Source: Novosphingobium sp. (GTDB lineage: Bacteria > Pseudomonadota > Alphaproteobacteria > Sphingomonadales > Sphingomonadaceae). Taken from it: 64,000 nucleotides of DNA. Below, piece after piece: positions 35,948-44,621 of the stretch. Positions within the stretch are counted from its first letter, which is position 1, and every line of letters starts with the position of its first letter. The DNA lies in assembly GCA_017744735.1 (NCBI GenBank), contig JAGIAR010000002.1, positions 599-64,598 on the forward strand. Reading direction: 5' to 3'. A model generated the notes under the pieces. That model did no database searches and had not been told where the DNA came from. It saw only the letters and a list, made by a program, of their open reading frames with translations. A program made the position numbers and the translations under genes.

Positions 35948-36366
35948 TGGCCCGCTCCAAACCGGTCGAACAGGCGGAACAGGCCCATGCCGGCCACCAT
36001 CGCGGCGACGAAGATCGCCGCCGGGCCCGGGTTGATCGCCAGCGAGGCGATCGCGGGGCCCGGGCACAGGCCGGCGAGGCCCCAGCCGATCCCGAACAGT
36101 GCGGCGCCCGCGACCAGCCGCCAATCGATCAGCACCGTGCCGGGCAGGTGAAACCGCCCGTCCGCCAGCGGGCGCTCGATCCGCCGCTGGATCGCCCAGG
36201 CGACGCTCATCACCGCCAGCGCGCCGCCCATCACGAAGGCCAGCGTCGGGTCCCAATGCCCGAAAAAGTCGAGGAACCCGCGCACCCGCGCCGGGTCGGT
36301 CATGCCCGACAGCGCCAGGCCGACGCCGAACAGCATGCCCGAAACGAGGCCGACCAGGCTTTTCAT
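35944..36366 (-). CDS. YeeE/YedE-type (half-size) sulfur-transport membrane protein
   Basis: ATG 36366. MKSLVGLVSGMLFGVGLALSGMTDPARVRGFLDF...GWGLAGLCPGPA. Confidence 0.8.
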   Translation of the reverse strand: MKSLVGLVSGMLFGVGLALSGMTDPARVRGFLDFFGHWDPTLAFVMGGALAVMSVAWAIQRRIERPLADGRFHLPGTVLIDWRLVAGAALFGIGWGLAGLCPGPAIASLAINPGPAAIFVAAMVAGMGLFRLFDRFGAGQ

Positions 36367-36824
36367 CGCCACCCCCATCCCACTGCATTGGTTGCCGCGA
36401 CGGTTGCCGCGCCCGCAACGATGAAGGTCAGCGTGGCAACCAGCGACCGGCGCGAGAAGCGCGCCATCCCGCACACGCCGTGGCCGCTGGTGCAACCGCT
36501 GCCCAGCCGGGTACCGAAACCGACCAGCAGGCCGCCGAGGGCCAGCAGCCAAACGGTCGGGGGATACCGCGCCACGATCGGCCCGGCACCCGACTGGAAC
36601 AGCAGCGCTCCCAGCGGGAGCCCGAAAACGAATGCCGCGGCAAGCGGCAGCGGCGTGTCGCCGCGGGTCAGCGACAGCGCCCGTGCGGCCAGCCCGCTGA
36701 CGCCCGCGATCCGTCCTGCACCGAGCAGCATCAGCGCCGCCGCCAGACCGATCAGCATGCCGCCGAGCACACCCTGGAGCGGCATGGCGCCTTGCAGCAG
36801 CGAGGGGAGGAAATGCGCGGTCAT
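36363..36824 (-). CDS. YeeE/YedE family sulfur-transport membrane protein
   Basis: ATG 36824. ...GFGTRLGSGCTSGHGVCGMARFS (conserved Cys motif). ATGA overlap with the next gene. Confidence 0.8.
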   Translation of the reverse strand: MTAHFLPSLLQGAMPLQGVLGGMLIGLAAALMLLGAGRIAGVSGLAARALSLTRGDTPLPLAAAFVFGLPLGALLFQSGAGPIVARYPPTVWLLALGGLLVGFGTRLGSGCTSGHGVCGMARFSRRSLVATLTFIVAGAATVAATNAVGWGWR

Positions 36825-36826
36825 GG

Positions 36827-37771
36827 TCAGATCGCGTCGACCGGAATCTTGATGTAGCTGACCCCGTTCGCTTCCGGCTCGGGCAGGTGGCCGCCGCGCA
36901 TGTTGACCTGCACCGAGGGCAGGATCAGCCGCGGCACCGCCAGGGTCGCGTCGCGCGCGGTGCGCATCGCTACGAATTCGGCCTCGCTCACCCCGTCGTG
37001 GGCGTGGATGTTGGCATCCCGCTCCGCCCCGACGGTGGTCTCCCATTCATAATGCTCCCGTCCCCGGGGCAGGTAGTCGTGGCACATGAACAGCCGCGTG
37101 CTGCGCGGCAGCGAGAGCAGCCGCCGGATCGAGCGATAGAGGGTCGCCGCGTCGCCGCCCGGGAAATCCGCACGCGCCGTGCCGTAGTCCGGCATGAACA
37201 GCGTGTCTCCGGCGAAGCCGGCATCGCCGATCACATAGGCCATGTCGGCCGGCGTGTGGCCGGGAACGTGGAGCACGATCCCCTCGAGCTTGCCCAGGCG
37301 GAAGGTTTCGCCGTCGGCGAACAGGCGGTCGAACTGCGATCCGTCGCGGGCGAATTCCGGGCCCGCGTTGAACAGGCTGCCGAAGGTCTGCTGGACGGCG
37401 ACGATATGCTCGCCGATCGCCAGCTTTCCGCCGAGGCGCTGCTGGAGATAGGGCGCGGCGGAAAGATGGTCCGCATGGGCATGCGTCTCGATCAGCCAGG
37501 TGACCGTCAGTTCCTCGAGGCGGACGTAGGCGACGATCGCATCGGCCGAGGCGTGCGACGTGCGGCCTGACTCCGGATCGTAGTCGAGCACCGAATCGAT
37601 CACCGCCGCCTCGCGCGTCGCGGGATCGTGCACGACATAGCTGATCGTGAACGTGGCCGGATCGAAGAAGCCCTTCACCACCGGGCGAAGCGACGGATCG
37701 CTCAACGCGCGCGCGATCTGGGCGCTCGCGGAGCGGACCGCGAAATCGGCATTGGCAACGGTTTGGGGCAT
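36827..37771 (-). CDS. MBL-fold metallo-hydrolase, persulfide dioxygenase (Blh/PDO-type)
   Basis: FFDPATFTISYVVHDPATREAAVIDSVLDYD..., ETHAHADHLSAA, PGHTPADM, FAGDTLFMPDYGTARADFPGGDA, HDYLPRGRE. Confidence 0.85.
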   Translation of the reverse strand: MPQTVANADFAVRSASAQIARALSDPSLRPVVKGFFDPATFTISYVVHDPATREAAVIDSVLDYDPESGRTSHASADAIVAYVRLEELTVTWLIETHAHADHLSAAPYLQQRLGGKLAIGEHIVAVQQTFGSLFNAGPEFARDGSQFDRLFADGETFRLGKLEGIVLHVPGHTPADMAYVIGDAGFAGDTLFMPDYGTARADFPGGDAATLYRSIRRLLSLPRSTRLFMCHDYLPRGREHYEWETTVGAERDANIHAHDGVSEAEFVAMRTARDATLAVPRLILPSVQVNMRGGHLPEPEANGVSYIKIPVDAI

Positions 37772-37789
37772 GGCTCACTCCTGTCTTTG

Positions 37790-37824
37790 CATTAGATATT
37801 TATAATGTTCTAATGTGTCAAGAC
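37790..37824 (-). promoter_or_regulatory. promoter with embedded perfect palindrome (candidate BigR-type operator)
   Basis: The minus strand reads TTGACA-cattagaacattataaa-TATCTA, about 20 nt before the PDO ATG. Palindrome CATTAGA-N12-TCTAATG is at 37790-37815. This is an AT-rich island in a GC-rich genome. Confidence 0.55.
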
Positions 37825-37899
37825 CGACGGCGCGCCGCCTTCCCCCGCCCCGCCGGGGAGTCTAACGAGGGGGAAAGTCAGCCCCGGAGGAGCCGCCCA

Positions 37900-38292
37900 A
37901 TGTCTACCCCCACCGTCAGCCTCGCCTTCTTCAAGCTCAATGTGCCGGACATGCAGAAAGCGCTGGCCTTTTACGGCACGGTGTTCGGCTTCGCGGTGAC
38001 CGCCACCTTCGACGAGGACCAGTTCCTCGAGCACATCATGGGCCTGCCGGGTCAGGAAGCCGGGCCGAGCCTGATCCTGGTCGAATACAAGGACGGGCGC
38101 GAAGTGCCGGTCGGGCCGGGCCACGGGCCGGTCGGCTTCATGACCGACGACATCGACGCGCTGTTCGCCAAGGCGGTGGCCGCGGGCGCCAACCCGATCG
38201 TGCCGGTGTTCGATCTCGGCCCGGTCAAGGTCGGCATCTTCCTCGACCCCGACGGGCACGAGGTGGAACTGGTGCAGCAGAACGCCGGGTAG
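37900..38292 (+). CDS. VOC (glyoxalase/bleomycin-resistance) family protein
   Basis: ATG 37900 with GGAGG SD. LAFFKLNVPDMQKALAFYGTVFGF...GIFLDPDGHEVELVQ. Confidence 0.85.
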   Translation: MSTPTVSLAFFKLNVPDMQKALAFYGTVFGFAVTATFDEDQFLEHIMGLPGQEAGPSLILVEYKDGREVPVGPGHGPVGFMTDDIDALFAKAVAAGANPIVPVFDLGPVKVGIFLDPDGHEVELVQQNAG

Positions 38293-38295
38293 CGC

Positions 38296-38946
38296 CTAGG
38301 GCAGTTTCGCGATCCCCAGCGCGATCGTCTCCAGCTCGGGGTAGAAATCCGCGTCCTCCAGCTTCAATGGCCCCGGCGCGTTGATGATCTGGTTGTTGAT
38401 CACGGAATTGAACACCTGCCCGGCCAACGCGAGGTTGCGCGCCTCCTGCGGGGCCAGCGCCCGGCCCAGCGCCGCCTCGATCTTGCCCGCGATGATCCCG
38501 CCGATGGCGAGGCGCACCGGCGCGTAGCTCTGCCAGAAGCCCGGATCGGCGGCCGAGCGTTCGAGCGCCGCGTGCCACAGATTACGATGGGCCATCAGCC
38601 GGTCGAACCCGGCGCGCAAGGATCGCCGATAGACCGCTTCGGCCCCGCCCTCGATCGCAACCGCCTCGTGAAGCGCCAGCGAGCGGTCGAAATAGGCGGT
38701 CAGCAGCACCGCGAGAAAATCGTCCTTGCTGGCGAAGCGCTGGTAGAACACCCCGACCGAGCGCCCCGCCGCGCGCGCCAGCTCGGCCACCGACAATTCC
38801 GCCCAGGTCTTCGCGCCCAGCAGCGCGATCGCCGCCTCGACGAAGCGGTCAGCGGTCGCGCGGCTGCGTTCCTGCCTCGGCGCCGGCAGATCGCGCGCCC
38901 CGGCTGCCACCGGACGCTTGACGGACAAATGTGAATCCGTATTCAT
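38296..38946 (-). CDS. TetR/AcrR family transcriptional regulator
   Basis: HTH ...RFVEAAIALLGAKTWAELSVAELARAAGRSVGVFYQRFASKDDF. Confidence 0.9.
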   Translation of the reverse strand: MNTDSHLSVKRPVAAGARDLPAPRQERSRATADRFVEAAIALLGAKTWAELSVAELARAAGRSVGVFYQRFASKDDFLAVLLTAYFDRSLALHEAVAIEGGAEAVYRRSLRAGFDRLMAHRNLWHAALERSAADPGFWQSYAPVRLAIGGIIAGKIEAALGRALAPQEARNLALAGQVFNSVINNQIINAPGPLKLEDADFYPELETIALGIAKLP

Positions 38947-39010
38947 ATATTATCAGGATCGCCCGCCTGCGCCGCCCGCGCAAGGGCAAACCACGGGAAG
39001 AGGATCAGCC

Positions 39011-40447
39011 ATGACCGACAACACCACCGGGGCCATCACCCGCCGCACCGCCGTTGCCGGCATCGCGGGGGCCGCCGCGCTCGCCCTCCTTCCAGGACGC
39101 GCGGCGGCGGCCGGAGCGGCAACGGCCAGGTCCAACTTCCTCTACATCATGGCCGACGATCTCGGTTACGCGGACCTCTCGTGCTACGGTCGGCAGGAAT
39201 ACGAGACCGCGGTGCTCGACGGGCTCGCGCGCGAGGGCATCCGCTTCACCCATGCCTATGCCAACAGCGCGGTCTGCACCGCCAGCCGCGTCGCGCTGAA
39301 CACCGGGCGCTATCAGTACCGCCTGCCGATCGGGCTGCAGGAGCCGCTCGGCCAGGCCGATATCGGCCTGCCGCCCGAGCATCCGACGATCGCCTCGCTG
39401 CTGCGCAAGGCCGGCTACAAGACCACGCTGGTCGGCAAGTGGCACATGGGCAGCCTGCCCAAATACGGGCCGCTGCAAAGCGGCTTCGACGAATTCTGGG
39501 GTTGCCGCGGCGGCGGGGTCGACTATTTCCGCCACGGCTTCGGCAAGGCCAAGGATCTCTGGGACGGCGACACGCCGATCGAGCGCACCGGCTATATGAC
39601 CGACCTGCTCGGCGACGCCGCGATCGCGACCTTGGAACGCCGGGCGGCGGACGGGCAGCCGTTCTTCCTCTCGCTCAACTTCACCGCGCCGCACTGGCCG
39701 TGGGAAGGCAATGACGACGAAGGGCGCGCCGAATCCGAGCGCGTCGCCGCGCCGGGCGCGATCGACAACGCCTTCGGCTACGATTCGGGCTCGATGGAAA
39801 CCTACAAGAAGATGATGCTCTCGCTCGACGCCAACGTCGGCCGGGTGCTCGACCGGCTCAGGGCGCTGGGGATGGACCGCAACACGGTGGTGGTGTTCAC
39901 CAGCGACAACGGCGGCGAGCGCTTTTCCAACACCTGGCCCTTCACCGGCAAGAAGACCGAACTGCTCGAAGGCGGATTGCGCATCCCGGCGATCGTGCGC
40001 TGGCCGGGCGTCACCACGCCGGGCGCGGTGAGCGAAGCCGAAATCGTCTCGATGGACTGGCTGCCGACCTTCGTCGCGGCGGCCGGTGCCCCGCAGGATC
40101 CGGCCTTCCCCAGCGACGGGACCGACATCCGCGGCGTGATCGCCGGCGGCGCGCTGCCGGAGCGCACGCTGTTCTGGCGCTTCAACAACCGCAACCAGAA
40201 GGCCGCGCTCAGGGGCCGGTGGAAATATCTCGAGATCGGCGGCAACAGCTTCCTGTTCGACGTCTTCGCCGACCCGCTCGAGCGGGCCAATCTGAAGGAG
40301 CGCGAACCGGCCAAATTCGCCGAACTGGAAGCCGCCTTCGCCGAATGGAACAAGGGCATGCTCTACGATCCCAAGGCGGCGAGCTACGGTTTCACCGGCA
40401 AGCAGCTGGCCGACCATTTCAACACCAGCCCGGCCACGATCGACTGA
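39011..40447 (+). CDS. arylsulfatase (Cys-type), Tat signal
   Basis: ATG 39011. Twin-arginine signal ITRRTAVAGIAGAAALALLPGRAAA. NFLYIMADDLGYADL. FGly motif variant CTASR. GKWHMG. Confidence 0.9.
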   Translation: MTDNTTGAITRRTAVAGIAGAAALALLPGRAAAAGAATARSNFLYIMADDLGYADLSCYGRQEYETAVLDGLAREGIRFTHAYANSAVCTASRVALNTGRYQYRLPIGLQEPLGQADIGLPPEHPTIASLLRKAGYKTTLVGKWHMGSLPKYGPLQSGFDEFWGCRGGGVDYFRHGFGKAKDLWDGDTPIERTGYMTDLLGDAAIATLERRAADGQPFFLSLNFTAPHWPWEGNDDEGRAESERVAAPGAIDNAFGYDSGSMETYKKMMLSLDANVGRVLDRLRALGMDRNTVVVFTSDNGGERFSNTWPFTGKKTELLEGGLRIPAIVRWPGVTTPGAVSEAEIVSMDWLPTFVAAAGAPQDPAFPSDGTDIRGVIAGGALPERTLFWRFNNRNQKAALRGRWKYLEIGGNSFLFDVFADPLERANLKEREPAKFAELEAAFAEWNKGMLYDPKAASYGFTGKQLADHFNTSPATID

Positions 40448-40462
40448 GGCCGCGCCGGCGGC

Positions 40463-41839
40463 TCAGTGCGCCGCGGTGACCTCGCCCCGCTTGCGCGGCG
40501 CGAGCTCGGGCGCAACCAGGCCGAGGATCGCGATCAGGATCGCCACCCCCACCGCCAGCGAGGCGACCGCCGCCATCACCGTGCCGAGCGGGAGCTTCAT
40601 GTCGAGCGCGATCGCCCCCATCGGCGCGACCACGATCCCCGAGATGCGCCCCCAGCCCCCGGCCCAGCCGATCCCGCTCGAGCGCATCTCGGGCGGGTAG
40701 GACAGGGTCGCGAGATTGTTGATCCCGGTCTGCCCGCCGACCTGGGTGAAGTTCCACGCGATCAGCGCGCCCAGGAACACTCCGCTGGTGAACGGCACCT
40801 GCCCGAGCAGGTAGAGCGCCACCGCCTCGACCGCGAAGAACAGCGCGATCAGCCAGTAGGGATTCACCCGGTCCATCAGGAAGCCCATGATCAGCGTGCC
40901 GGTCGCGCCGCCGAGGAACGAGATCATCGCCGAGACCGCGAATTTCTCCAGCGGAATGCCGCCGAGTTCCTGGAAGAAGGTCGCCATCCAGTTGGTCAGG
41001 ATCGCGATGCTGCCGAGCGACAGGAAGCACGCGAGCCACAGCAGGATCGTCTGCAGGAGATAGCGCTTCTGCAGCAGTGCCAGAGGACCGAGCCCCTTCT
41101 GCGCCGGCTTTGCCTCGCCGAAATGGAACGCCTCCCCGCCGTGCACCGGAACCGCGGCATCGAGCGCGCGGACGGTCGCCGGGATCTTGGGATCGGCCGC
41201 GTTGCGGCGGGTGCGGAAGGCGAGCGATTCCGGCACCAGCAGCAGCAGCGGCAGCGCGATGAAGCCGAGCACGCCGCCGACCCAGAAGCCGATCTGCCAG
41301 CCATAGGTCTTGTAGATCAGCGCGATCACCCCGCTCGCCGCATTGCCGGCGGAGAACAGCACCAGCGCCGCCGCCATGAAGCCCGCGCGCCACTTGCGCG
41401 GGGTCATTTCGGACAGCAGCGACAGCCCCACCGGCAGCATCGCCGAGAAGAAGATCCCCGAAAGCCCGCGCAGAACCGCCATATGGGTCACGGTGGTCGA
41501 CCACACCGCGGCGACCGACAAGATGCCGAACCCGCCCGCGCACAGCGCCAGCACCGGCTTGCGGCCGATTTTGTCGGCCAGCGGCGGCATCAGGAACGCG
41601 CCCACCGCCATGCCGATATAGGTCCACTGGACCACCTGCCGCATATCCGCCGGCTCGGCATTCAGCCCGTGCGCGATCGCCGGGAGAATCTTGCCGAAGA
41701 AATACATGTCGAAACCGTCGATGAAGAGCACCAGCGAGCAGACGATCAGCATCACGATCTCGCGCCAGCCGATCCGGCGGTTGTCGATGAATGCCTCGAC
41801 GTCGAAGCGCGTCGCGGGCGCGGCGGCGGTATCGGCCAT
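40463..41839 (-). CDS. MFS transporter (aromatic acid:H+ symporter-like)
   Basis: ATG 41839 with GGGAGGA SD. 12 TM segments. Loop motif LADKIGRKPVL. Confidence 0.85.
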   Translation of the reverse strand: MADTAAAPATRFDVEAFIDNRRIGWREIVMLIVCSLVLFIDGFDMYFFGKILPAIAHGLNAEPADMRQVVQWTYIGMAVGAFLMPPLADKIGRKPVLALCAGGFGILSVAAVWSTTVTHMAVLRGLSGIFFSAMLPVGLSLLSEMTPRKWRAGFMAAALVLFSAGNAASGVIALIYKTYGWQIGFWVGGVLGFIALPLLLLVPESLAFRTRRNAADPKIPATVRALDAAVPVHGGEAFHFGEAKPAQKGLGPLALLQKRYLLQTILLWLACFLSLGSIAILTNWMATFFQELGGIPLEKFAVSAMISFLGGATGTLIMGFLMDRVNPYWLIALFFAVEAVALYLLGQVPFTSGVFLGALIAWNFTQVGGQTGINNLATLSYPPEMRSSGIGWAGGWGRISGIVVAPMGAIALDMKLPLGTVMAAVASLAVGVAILIAILGLVAPELAPRKRGEVTAAH

Positions 41840-41904
41840 GAATATCCTCCCACCGGGGCCTTGCGCCCCGTTTTGCGGGAGAGTGGCGGTGCGGCGCGCC
41901 GGCG

Positions 41905-42621
41905 TCAATCGGCTGGCGCCGCGCTTTCTTTCGATTGGGGGTGATGCGGCTCGAGGATCATCACATTGTTCTCGACCCGCCAGCCGCGCAGCCGCGACAG
42001 CAGGTTCATGCCGAGCACGTTGGCCGGGCCGATATTGGGCGCGATCGCCGCGTCGAGCCCGCGCGCGGTCACGCTGCCGAAGCTGAGTTCCCCGATCGTG
42101 CCGATCTGGGCGGAGACCGGGCCGTTGGCGGTCTGCATCATCACCGGCAGCCCGCCCTCGCGCGGCTCCAGCCCGGCCTTGCGCGCGGTCTCGGCATTGA
42201 GCGTGGTCAGCGTCGCGCCGGTATCGACGAGGAAACTCGCGGGAACGCCGTTGACCCGCGCGCGGACCCAGAAATGGCCGTCGTCGGACAAGGGAATGTG
42301 GGTCTCACCGCCCGCGACCCTTTGCTCGGGCAGGCCGATGCCGGGCAAGGCCATGTCGAAGTGGGGATCGAAGCGCGCAAGCTGCAGCACCACCAGCACG
42401 AAGATCCCGCCGAGCACCAGGGTCGAGCCGAGCCGCACCAGCCGCCCGAGCGGCGGCGAAATCCGCCCGACCAGACCCCCGGCCATGCCCAGCACCACGG
42501 CAGCCAGCGTCGCCAGCAACAGGCCGTGGCGCGGCGTCCCGGCGACGAAGGCGGCAAGATCGTGCCAGAGCTGCGCGAAATCCATGCACCCGATATAGGG
42601 GCTCGGGCATCGCGGTTCCAT
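41905..42621 (-). CDS. retropepsin-like (clan AA, TIGR02281-type) aspartic protease, membrane anchored
   Basis: N-terminal TM segments, then FWVRARVNGVPASFLVDTGATLTTL (DTGA active site). ATG 42585 is an alternative start. Confidence 0.8.
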   Translation of the reverse strand: MEPRCPSPYIGCMDFAQLWHDLAAFVAGTPRHGLLLATLAAVVLGMAGGLVGRISPPLGRLVRLGSTLVLGGIFVLVVLQLARFDPHFDMALPGIGLPEQRVAGGETHIPLSDDGHFWVRARVNGVPASFLVDTGATLTTLNAETARKAGLEPREGGLPVMMQTANGPVSAQIGTIGELSFGSVTARGLDAAIAPNIGPANVLGMNLLSRLRGWRVENNVMILEPHHPQSKESAAPAD

Positions 42622-42636
42622 GAATGGATGAAGGGC

Positions 42637-44469
42637 TCAGGCGGCCTTCTGCACCGTGTTGCGCCCGGCCTGTTTCGCTTCGTACAGCGCCTTGTCGACC
42701 CGCGCGAGCAGCGCGCTCGCCTCGTCGCCCTCGCGCCACAGAGCATAGCCGATGCTGGCGGTAACCTGCGGCAGGCCCCCGTCGGCGCTTTCCTGCTCGA
42801 TCGCTTGGCGCAGACGCTCGGCCGCCATCCTGGCCTCTTCCGGGCCGGCGCCGGGCAGCAGCCAGACGAATTCCTCGCCGCCCATCCGCCCGATCAGATC
42901 GCTCGCACGCGCCTGCGCGCGAGCGATGTCGGCGATGCGCATCAGCACATCGTCGCCGGTCTGATGGCCGCGGGTGTCGTTGACCTGCTTGAAATGGTCG
43001 ATGTCGAACGAGATCAGCGCCATCGGGCGTCCGTCCTGCACCGACTTGCGCACGCATTTCTCGATCTGGGTGATCGTGCGGCGGCGATTGGCCAGCCCGG
43101 TCAGCGGATCGGTATGGGCGAGATACTGCGCCTCGGCCGCAAGCCGCATCGCCCGGGTGCGTTCCTTGTCCAGCGCTTCCTGCCGCTGGTGATGCTCGGT
43201 CACGTCCACCACCACACCGAACATCTGGGCGAGGCCGCCGTCGGGGGCGAAATGGTTGGTCGCATACATCTTGAGAATGCGCTCGTCGCCATGCGGGGGG
43301 CGGACGCGGTATTCGAAGCTGTAGCGGCCCTTGTCGCTCGAATGATGCGCAAGCTGGCCGAACAATTCGTCGCCGCCGTCGGGCAGCATCGCCTTGATGT
43401 CGCCCGGATCCGGCCCCAGCGCCGGATCGAGCCCGTTGATCAGGAACATCTGGCGCGACCAGTCCTGCTCGCCGTTGCGGGGATCGTAGCGCCACCGGCC
43501 GATCCGCGCGACTTCTTCCGCCATGTTGAGCAGCAGCAGGTTCTCGCGCATCCGCGCGTTGCGCGCCTTCAGCCGCAGCGCAAGCCGATCGTTGCGCATC
43601 AGCAGCGCGGCCAGGGGAAGCGAGGTGGCCATCATCACCAGCATGAACACCTGGAGCACGATCCCGGCCTGAAACGGCGGCAGATGGGACAGGTAGGCGG
43701 CCGGCGAACCGTGGCCGATCGAATGGAGCGTACCCCCCAGCCCGAAGACGAACACGCCGCAGGACGCGCCGATCTGCCCATAGCGGGTGACCAGGAACAC
43801 CAGCGCCATCAGCACCAGCGAGACGACCGGCACCTGCGCCGTATCGAGCGTGATCCACGAGAGCGCGAACAGGCCGGCAAGCGCGAGGAAGAACGATTTG
43901 CGCACCGCGACCGCGCCCGGCTCCCGGCGGCGGAATTTTTGCAGACGGTCGTTCAGATACAGCAGGATCGGAGCGCCGACGGTGGTGCCGAGCATGGTCG
44001 CCAGCACCCACCACACGAACTGCACCATGTCCTGGTGCGGGCGGAACGGGTGCGATATCATCGCTCCGACCAGCGACCCGGCAACCACCCCGAGAAACAT
44101 CGCGATCATGTCGCCCAGGCGCAGCATGTTGATCCCGCGCCGCCCGACCACGCCCTTGGCGACCGCGACCACGACCAGCGCCTCGCTGAGATTCGCCAGC
44201 GCGTAGCCAGCCGAACGCAGCGGACTGAGATGGAACCATGCGTTGATCGCGATATTGGCCAAAGCCAGCGCCACCAGCACGGGCGCCCGTTCGCCCTTGC
44301 GCGCAAGGAACAGGGCGGTCACCGCGATCGCGCTGGGGAACCACATCAGGAGAACGGCACCCATGCCCTCGCGCAGCGCGAAGGAAGCCATCGCGCTTGC
44401 CACCCACATCAGCGCGACCGCGGCCGCGAACCCTTTCCCCTTCGGAAGTGCCACGCCTTCCCCTCGCAT
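42637..44469 (-). CDS. diguanylate cyclase with MASE1-like membrane domain and PAS domain
   Basis: About 300-aa multi-TM N-terminus, a PAS region, then a GGDEF domain: DPLTGLANRR...DIDHFKQVND...RMGGEEFVWLL. Confidence 0.9.
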   Translation of the reverse strand: MRGEGVALPKGKGFAAAVALMWVASAMASFALREGMGAVLLMWFPSAIAVTALFLARKGERAPVLVALALANIAINAWFHLSPLRSAGYALANLSEALVVVAVAKGVVGRRGINMLRLGDMIAMFLGVVAGSLVGAMISHPFRPHQDMVQFVWWVLATMLGTTVGAPILLYLNDRLQKFRRREPGAVAVRKSFFLALAGLFALSWITLDTAQVPVVSLVLMALVFLVTRYGQIGASCGVFVFGLGGTLHSIGHGSPAAYLSHLPPFQAGIVLQVFMLVMMATSLPLAALLMRNDRLALRLKARNARMRENLLLLNMAEEVARIGRWRYDPRNGEQDWSRQMFLINGLDPALGPDPGDIKAMLPDGGDELFGQLAHHSSDKGRYSFEYRVRPPHGDERILKMYATNHFAPDGGLAQMFGVVVDVTEHHQRQEALDKERTRAMRLAAEAQYLAHTDPLTGLANRRRTITQIEKCVRKSVQDGRPMALISFDIDHFKQVNDTRGHQTGDDVLMRIADIARAQARASDLIGRMGGEEFVWLLPGAGPEEARMAAERLRQAIEQESADGGLPQVTASIGYALWREGDEASALLARVDKALYEAKQAGRNTVQKAA

Positions 44470-44621
44470 TACGATCCGCGAGCGGTAACAGGCAGGGGTG
44501 AAGCTATGGTAAACCGGCTGCGCCGAACGGTTTACTCCGTCCGGTTACCGCCCCCGGGCGAGGTGGGGTCCAGATACCGCGTTTGCTCCCCCCCCGCGCC
44601 GGAGAGGAGCAAACGGCGGCG

